From: Anthoceros angustus
Lineage: Eukaryota > Plantae > Anthocerotophyta
NCBI GenBank assembly: GCA_010909165.1
Contig: MU008205.1
Coordinates: 310,001 to 374,000 of the forward strand
Direction of reading: 5' to 3'
DNA: 64,000 nucleotides
In this document: positions 57,501 through 64,000 of the stretch, in pieces
How the letters are laid out: every line of letters starts with the position of its first letter
Position numbering within the stretch: the first letter of the stretch is position 1
Made by a program: the position numbers and the translations under genes
The notes under the pieces: model-generated
Told to the model about the DNA's origin: nothing
Seen by the model: the letters and a program-made list of their open reading frames with translations, nothing else
Databases searched by the model: none

Positions 57501-60500
57501 TAAGTACCTAAGAATTGCTTGACGATGTCCGTGAGCTTTACCGGGGTTGGAAAGATACCTAGATGCTATATTGACTGAGATATGTCCGACGTGTCCGGAT
57601 TGCTGGCAGAGGCGCCTACCGCTATAAGGTACTTGCTTCATCTCTTCTACTTCTTCAGGTGTAGTTGGGGAATCTTCTGCAGACACTTTTTCACCTGCTG
57701 CTATGGGTGTGGTGACAGGTCTGGCATCTTTGAGGTTGAACCTATCCAGCAACTGGTCTACATAGTGCTGCTGGTGAATGAAGAAGGAATGTTCTGTTGT
57801 ACTTCTCTCGAACTGGACACCTAGGGCGTACTTCAGAGGGCCTATGTCTACAATCTCGTACTCCTTGGCAAGTAGGTCTTTTACATACTGGATAATTTGA
57901 GGGGAAGTGCCAAAAATGAAATTGTCGACAACGTACAAGGTAACTACTGCGAAATTCTTTTTCTGTCTAAGGAGGTAGACACTAGAATCTGCAGGTAGGG
58001 GTGAGAAACCGATTTCTTTAAACATGTGTCCACTGCTTGCTCCATACGTGAGCGGACGCTTTAGTCCATAGAGGGACTTCACCACCACAAACCTTCTGTC
58101 TCCTTGATGTAGCCAGGGGTTGAAGCATGTAGATATCTTCACCAGTGCCGTATAGGAAAGCGCTTTTTACGTCGACTTGATGGATGTCGAGATGATGATG
58201 AGCTGCCAAGAGTATCCTCATGGATGTTGACTTCACTACGGGTCAGAGTCGGTTTTCCTCGTAATCAAAACCGGAACTTGGAAGCCCACAGCGACTAGCC
58301 TTGCTTTGTGTCGCAACTGCCACCGGGGTTCGCCTCCCGAATGTCCACTTACGGGATATAGGCTACGGCCCGAGGTAAGTCGATCGATATCCAGTCTTGT
58401 TGGCGATGAGTGAGTCGTACTCGATTTTGGCGGTCCATTGGGGTCTTGAATGCTTCTTCAATTGATCGAGGCACGCCCCGCATCTCGATGGTCATAGCTT
58501 GGTGTAGAGCAAGGTTGACTGATGAGCTTCGCATTGTTGGCGCATCGTCCTCCGGAGCCGGAGCTGGGGTTTTGCCTGTGGATGTGGCCCCGCCGGTAAT
58601 GCCCTTCCACTGGATCGAGGAGGGCGTGACGGTAGAGCGTCGAGTGAGAGCTCGCAGTTCCGGGTAAAAGTTGCTCATGTGGCCGGGTGCGCGAGGTAGG
58701 TTAAGTTCGCACTGTTGAGACGGTGGCTGACCCATGGCTTGTGGTCAGGCCGAGCAGTGCATTGCGGCCGGTGCCGAGGCGGTGGTGAACTATGGCTTGT
58801 CTTTGGCGGTTTGTTGAGCGGCTGGTTACTGTCTTGCAAGCTGTGCCGTGCAGGTTGACTTCCTCCCGAATGTCCACTTACGGGATATAGGCTACGGCGG
58901 AAGTCAAGTCGATCGATTCAGTCTTGTTGGCGATGAGTGAGTCGTACTCGATTTTGGCGGTCCATTCGGTCTTGAATGCTTCTTCAATTGGTGAGGCACG
59001 TCGCATCTCGATGGGGACATAGCTTGGTGTAGAGCAAGGTTGACTGATGAGCTTCTTCTTTGATGCGCGCATCGTCCTCTGGAGGTGAGGTTTTGCGGGG
59101 ATGTAGCCCCAGCGATGTGTATCCTTCCATTTGGATCGAGGGGTAGAGCGTCGAGTGAGAGCTCGGAGTTAATTATAAAGTTGCTCATGTCTTTGGTCTT
59201 TGGTGGTCTGGTGTAGGTTAAGTAATTCGAGTTGAGACGGTGGCTGACCTATGGCTTGTGGTCTTTGGCGGTGCAGTTATTGAGTCTTGGAGGCATTTGA
59301 ACTATGGCTTGTCTTTGGCGGTTTGTTGAGCGGCTGGTTACTGTCGACCTTGCAGTTCAATGATTTGTTAACATGTCTGTGGGTTAGATGTGTCCCCCTC
59401 AAGGTCAGAGAGGGAAGAAGGGGAGAAACCGTGCAGGCTAGGAGCAGGCAGAGGGGTTTGGGATTGTACAGACTGCAGATAAGTGTTGAGCAGTGTTGCT
59501 TCATGAAAATGGACACTGCGTGATAGAGTTACCTGACGGGTGAAAGGGTCAAGCAGTCTATATGCCTTGGATTGGTCAGAATAGCCGATGAATAAGAGCT
59601 TCTTACCCTTATCGTCCCATTTCTTACGCAGGTCATCAGGAATATGAGCAAATGCAGGGCTGCCGAATATCCTGAAGTGAGATATGCGGGGCTTATGTCC
59701 CGTCCAGCGTTCGTATGGTGTGATGTTGGGGAGCTCCTTCGTTGGCAGTCGGTTTTTAAGATAGTTGGCGTGAAGCGGCTTCTTCGATATCCTTGTGTGA
59801 GCCACGGCGGCAGTAGGGCAGAGATTTCCGGCAATGATCTATTCAGCCTTTACTGAAGGGATTTTTGGGCTGGTGTGTAGGGGACGGTGAGCTGCTTGAT
59901 TCCCTTGGTTGTGCAATATTCACGGAAGGAGTGACTCGGTATTCTCCAACATTGTCGGTTCAAGGGTCTTGAATGCTTCTTCAATTGATCGAGGCACGCC
60001 CCGCATCTCGATGGTCATAGCTTGGTGTAGAGCAAGGTTGACTGATGAGCTTCGCATTGTTGGCGCATCGTCCTCCGGAGCCGGAGCTGGGGTTTTGCCT
60101 GTGGATGTGGCCCCGCCGGTAATGCCCTTCCACTGGATCGAGGAGGGCGTGACGGTAGAGCGTCGAGTGAGAGCTCGCAGTTCCGGGTAAAAGTTGCTCA
60201 TGTGGCCGGGTGCGCGAGGTAGGTTAAGTTCGCACTGTTGAGACGGTGGCTGACCTATGGCTTGTGGTCAGGCCGAGCAGTGCATTGCGGCCGGTGCCGA
60301 GGCGGTGGTCGAACTATGGCTTGTCTTTGGAGCGGTTTGTTGAGCGGTTGCCTGTCGACCTTGCAATGATTTGTTCGTAACTGAGGGTTAGATGTGTCCC
60401 CTCAAGGTCGAGAGGGAAGAAGGGAGAAACCGCAGGCTAGAGCAGTGAGGGGTTTGGGATTGTATGCATGCAGATAAGTGTTGAGCAATGTTGCTTCATG

Positions 60501-63500
60501 AAAATGGACAACTGCGAGATAGAGTTACGGTGAAAGGGTCAAGCCTATATGCCTTGGATTGGTCGAATAGCCGATGAATAAGAGCTTCTTACCCTTATCG
60601 TCCCATTTCTTACGCAGTCATCGGAATATGAGCAAATGCGTGCCGAATATCTGAAGTGAGATATCGGGCTTATGTCCCGTCCAGCGTGTATGGTGTGATG
60701 TTGGGGAGCTCCTTCGTTTGGCGGTCGGTTTTAAGATAGTTGGCGTGAAGCGGCTTCTTCGATATCCTTGTGTGAGCCACGGCGGCAGTAGGGCAGAGAT
60801 TTCCAGCAATGATCTATTCAGCCTTTACTGAAGGGATTTTTGGGCTGGTGTGTAGGGGACGGTGAGCTGCTTGATTCCCTTGGTTGTGCAATATTCACGG
60901 AAGGAGTGACTCGGTATTCTCCAACATTGTCCGTTCAAGGGTCTTGAATGCTTCTTCAATTGATCGAGGCACGCCCCGCATCTCGATGGTGGCATAGCTT
61001 GGTGTAGAGCAAGGTTGACTGATGAGCTTGGCTGTTGTTGTTGCGCATCGCCTCCGAGCCGGAGCTGGGTTTTGCCTGGATGTGGCCCCGCCGATGGTAA
61101 TCGCCCTTCCACTGGATCGAGGGCGCCGACGGTAGAGCGTCGAGTGAGAGCTCGGTTCGGCCGGTAAAAGTTGCCGCGCTGGCCGTTGGTGCAGGAGGTA
61201 GGTTAAGTTCGATAATTCGTGCTGAGACGGTACCTATGGCTTGTGGTCAGGCCGGAGCAGTATTAGCCAGGCCGGAGGCGGTGGTCAACTATGGCTTGTG
61301 GCCGGAGCGGTTTGTTGAGCGGCCTGGTTGCCTGTCTGACCTTGCAGTTCAATGATTTGTTCGTAATCTGTAGGGTTAGATGTGTCCCCCTCAAGGTCAG
61401 AGAGGGAAGAAGGGGAGAAACCGTGCAAAGGAGCAGTGAGGGGTTTGGGATTGTACAGACTGCAGATAAGTGTTGAGCAATGTTGCTTCATGAAAATGGA
61501 CAACTGCGAGATAGAGTTACTGACGTGAAAGGGTCAAGCCTATATGCCTTGGATTGGTCGAATAGCCGGCGAATAAGAGCTTACCCTTATCGTCCCATTT
61601 CTACGCAGGTCATCGGAATATGAGCAAATGCGTGCCAATATCCCAAGTGAGATATGCGGGCTTATGTCCCGCCCTCGTATGGTGTGATGTTGGGGAGCTC
61701 CTTCGCGGTCGGTTTTAAGATAGTTGGCCGTGGAAACGCCGCCAAAGATCCTTGTGTGAGCCCTGACAGCTTGAGTAGGGAACGAGAGATTTCCAGCAAT
61801 GATCTATTCAGCCTTTCTGCGAAGGGATTTTGAGCTGGTGTGTAGGGGACGGTGAGCTGCCGTTTGATTCCCTTGGTTGTGCAATATTCCTGGAAGGAGT
61901 GACTCAGGTATTCTCCAGCATTGTCCGTTCGAAGGGTGCTGACCTGAAGTCCTGTGTGCCGTTCTGCTAGTACCACAAACTCTTGAAAACATTGAAAGGC
62001 CTGGTCCTTGTGCTTGAGAAAGTATGTGTAGCAATAGCGGCTCCATTCGTCGAGGAATGTCAAGAAGTAGGAATGACCACCAAAAGAGGATGTGCTCATG
62101 GGTCCGCAGATGTCTGAATGGACGACTTCGAGCAGACGCGTTGCTCTTGTAGGTAAGGGGTCATTAAAAGGTAGCTGGTTCAGCTTGGTGTATTGGCAGG
62201 TCTCACAGTGCAGGTCTGGGGAGATTCTTCCTGAGATGGGGTCTCGGTACATGGTTGGGCTGGACAGGGAGTTCAAGTAGAGTCTTGAGATGGCCAAGCT
62301 CGATGCCATAAGAGGGACTTGGACAAGGTTCTGGTTGCTGACTTCTGAGCGTCGACCAACAAGGAAGTGGACTGAATGTTTAGGAGGTAAAGGTCGTTAT
62401 ACGGCAGACCATGTGCTAAAGTGGTTTTTGAAAGATCAGCATAATTGTAGATGAGACAGTGATTACCCTGAAAGGTGATGGTGAGATTGTGCTCAGTTGC
62501 TAACTTTCGTACTGACAGTAGGTTCTTTGTCATACATGGTACGTGCAAGACTCCGGTGATGAGAAGGGTTTCTCTGTTGGAGAGCTGCAATGAGACGTTG
62601 CCGGTACCTGCTATTGCCAGGGCGCTGTCGTCTCCTAAGAGGACATGCTGATCCGCAGGGGAATCGTGGTAGGATTCAAAAGCTTCCTTGCTGCTGCATA
62701 TGTGAGTGGTTGCGCCGGAGTCCAGGAACCATCTGTTCGCGTCTATCCTGGTGAGTGTTAGGCATACGGCCAATACTGAGGTAGGAGAGGCAGACTTTGA
62801 GCTTGTGTAGTGTGACTCGTTGCGGGGTGATCCGCGACGAGGTTCGCCAGCCAACTTCTTTCGGCACTCATTTTCGTAGTGCCCAGGAATGCGGCACCAA
62901 TTGCACGAGCCCTTTGTTCTTCGATCGGACTGTCTGTCGCTGCCGGAGGATGGCTGAGAGGGAGGCCTACGCATACCAAAATTGCCGCGGCCGCGTCCTC
63001 TTCTGGTGCCGCCTCCTCTTGCCGTAAATGTGAGTGCCGAGTTACCGCCTGCCGTGGATCTCGGATTCCTCCTCCAAAAGGGCTGCGACTATCAAAGGAG
63101 GGTATAGGTGGATGTTTGCCTCACGCCGTTGTTCCGAATCGCCGTACGCCGCGTAATTTTGGCACCGATGAAGGTCCCGTATGCAGGTTGAGGGAGGGCA
63201 ACCGCACCGTAATTCGGAGATAACGGTACCTCCCGAGGCGAGCTTTGCTCTGAGTGACCTGAACACATTTACATGCTGCTCAACAGTGTCGGAGTCCTTC
63301 ATTCTGAGGGAATAAAATTGTCTTGTTGCGTTGACCAGGGACATGCTGCTTTGGGATTGGAACATGTCCTTGAATGTCTTCCAGATAGCGTGGGAGGTGG
63401 CTTGGCCGTTTGTGTGCTGCAACATGCTCTTATCGATGGCAGAAATGAGTATGCTTCTTGCTCGCTTGTCCTTCTTGGTCCAAGCGGCAATCTGATCAGG

Positions 63501-63773
63501 GGTGGCAGGAGGGACAGATGAGGCTGATGGTATGGTAACTGTACCGTCCACTACGCCCATGAGGTCATGTTCCACCAGGAGCGCGGTGATTCGCATCTCC
63601 CAGATGTCGTAGTCGCTTCCTGTGAAGCGATCTCGATCCCTGAATCCTACCTTGGTGGTGTTCACTATGCTGGTGGCCATGGCTGAGCGCTTTGCGAGAC
63701 GGGTGAGCTCTTTTGCAATCAATTTAGTTGTGTGCTGACCTAATGGGTCGTATCGAGGCATTCGCCTCTTCAA
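54532..63773 (-). mobile_element. Ty1/copia gag-pol: gag 63773-63042, zinc knuckle/protease 62974-62273, integrase 62309-61662, RT about 58240-55000, RNase H about 55000-54560
   Basis: FTGSDYDIWEMRI...AWTKKDKRARSIL (gag); CNWCRIPGHYENEC; WFLDSGATTHIC; VHSDICGP, RTDNAGEY, PYTPAQNPFAERLNR; HQVDVKTAFLYG, LVKSLYGLKQSA, TLYVVDNFI, YSEAVGSLLYL, TRPDIS; SSTEAE, KCDNQSAI, RTKHVEIQHHFIR. Confidence 0.97.
55750..61660 (-). repeat. Multiple noisy reiterated copies of the copia integrase C-terminus/linker/RT N-terminus
   Basis: The blocks gatgagcttcgcattgtt.., ggcacgccccgcatctcgatgg and MKSTSMRILLA each occur several times, with heavy indels. Confidence 0.85.
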
Positions 63774-63861
63774 AACGCCTTTGATTCATTGTGCGTGTTC
63801 AGAGGTAGGTTGGATATGGCAACAAGGAGTGCCTCCATCTGCGATTTAATCAAGATTAGTT

Positions 63862-63869
63862 GGCTCTGA
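63862..63869 (-). promoter_or_regulatory. Partial tRNA-iMet PBS remnant (tcagagcc of TGGTATCAGAGCC); 5' LTR absent
   Basis: Positioned upstream of gag. The sequence beyond 63870 does not match the 3' LTR end. Confidence 0.5.
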
Positions 63870-64000
63870 AGGTGGTCCCCGGGGAAAATGGCAGAGGTGC
63901 GAGGAGCCAGTAAGGTTGTGCTGCATGTAAGCGTGCGATGGTGTGCCACAATGGAATCTCATGATGCTTCTTGCTTAGGAGATAGTTTGGCATGATGGCA

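Noticed and set aside
1-64000. Prokaryotic, viral or horizontally acquired system
   Set aside because: All recognisable components are plant nuclear genes (spliceosomal introns) or plant TEs.

Overview
Eukaryotic (land plant) genomic DNA. The PLS-class PPR remnants, GC-rich exons and retroelement types are compatible with a non-seed lineage, but that is a low-confidence inference. The sequence is indel-noisy, like an unpolished long-read assembly, so frameshifts cannot be read as pseudogenisation. Layout: (1) 1-30657 is a tandem segmental duplication of a ~15-17 kb unit. Each unit holds an OR23-type F-box/kelch gene (+), a degenerate PPR tract, intronless divergent type-II SKP1 (ASK20/21-like) gene 'a' (-), a putative MITE, a dead copia RT with minisatellites, a LINE remnant, a PPR pseudogene (+) and SKP1-like gene 'b' (-). 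A 5'-only ACX1 acyl-CoA oxidase (4 exons, -) lies between the two copies. (2) 30658-48044 is a nested TE block: Ty3/gypsy (Athila/Tat-like) accessory ORFs in both orientations, an LTR, a tRNA-Asp PBS and gag, cut by a one-ended CACTA element. (3) 48759-53400 is an inverted third SKP1-like paralog 'c' with its PPR flank. (4) 53907-63869 is a Ty1/copia element (-) with a reiterated interior. The most interesting signals are a locally expanded, intronless, fast-diverging family of type-II SKP1-like genes (5 copies, 3 types) next to an F-box gene, and a possible in-frame ACX1::SKP1-like chimera at the duplication junction.
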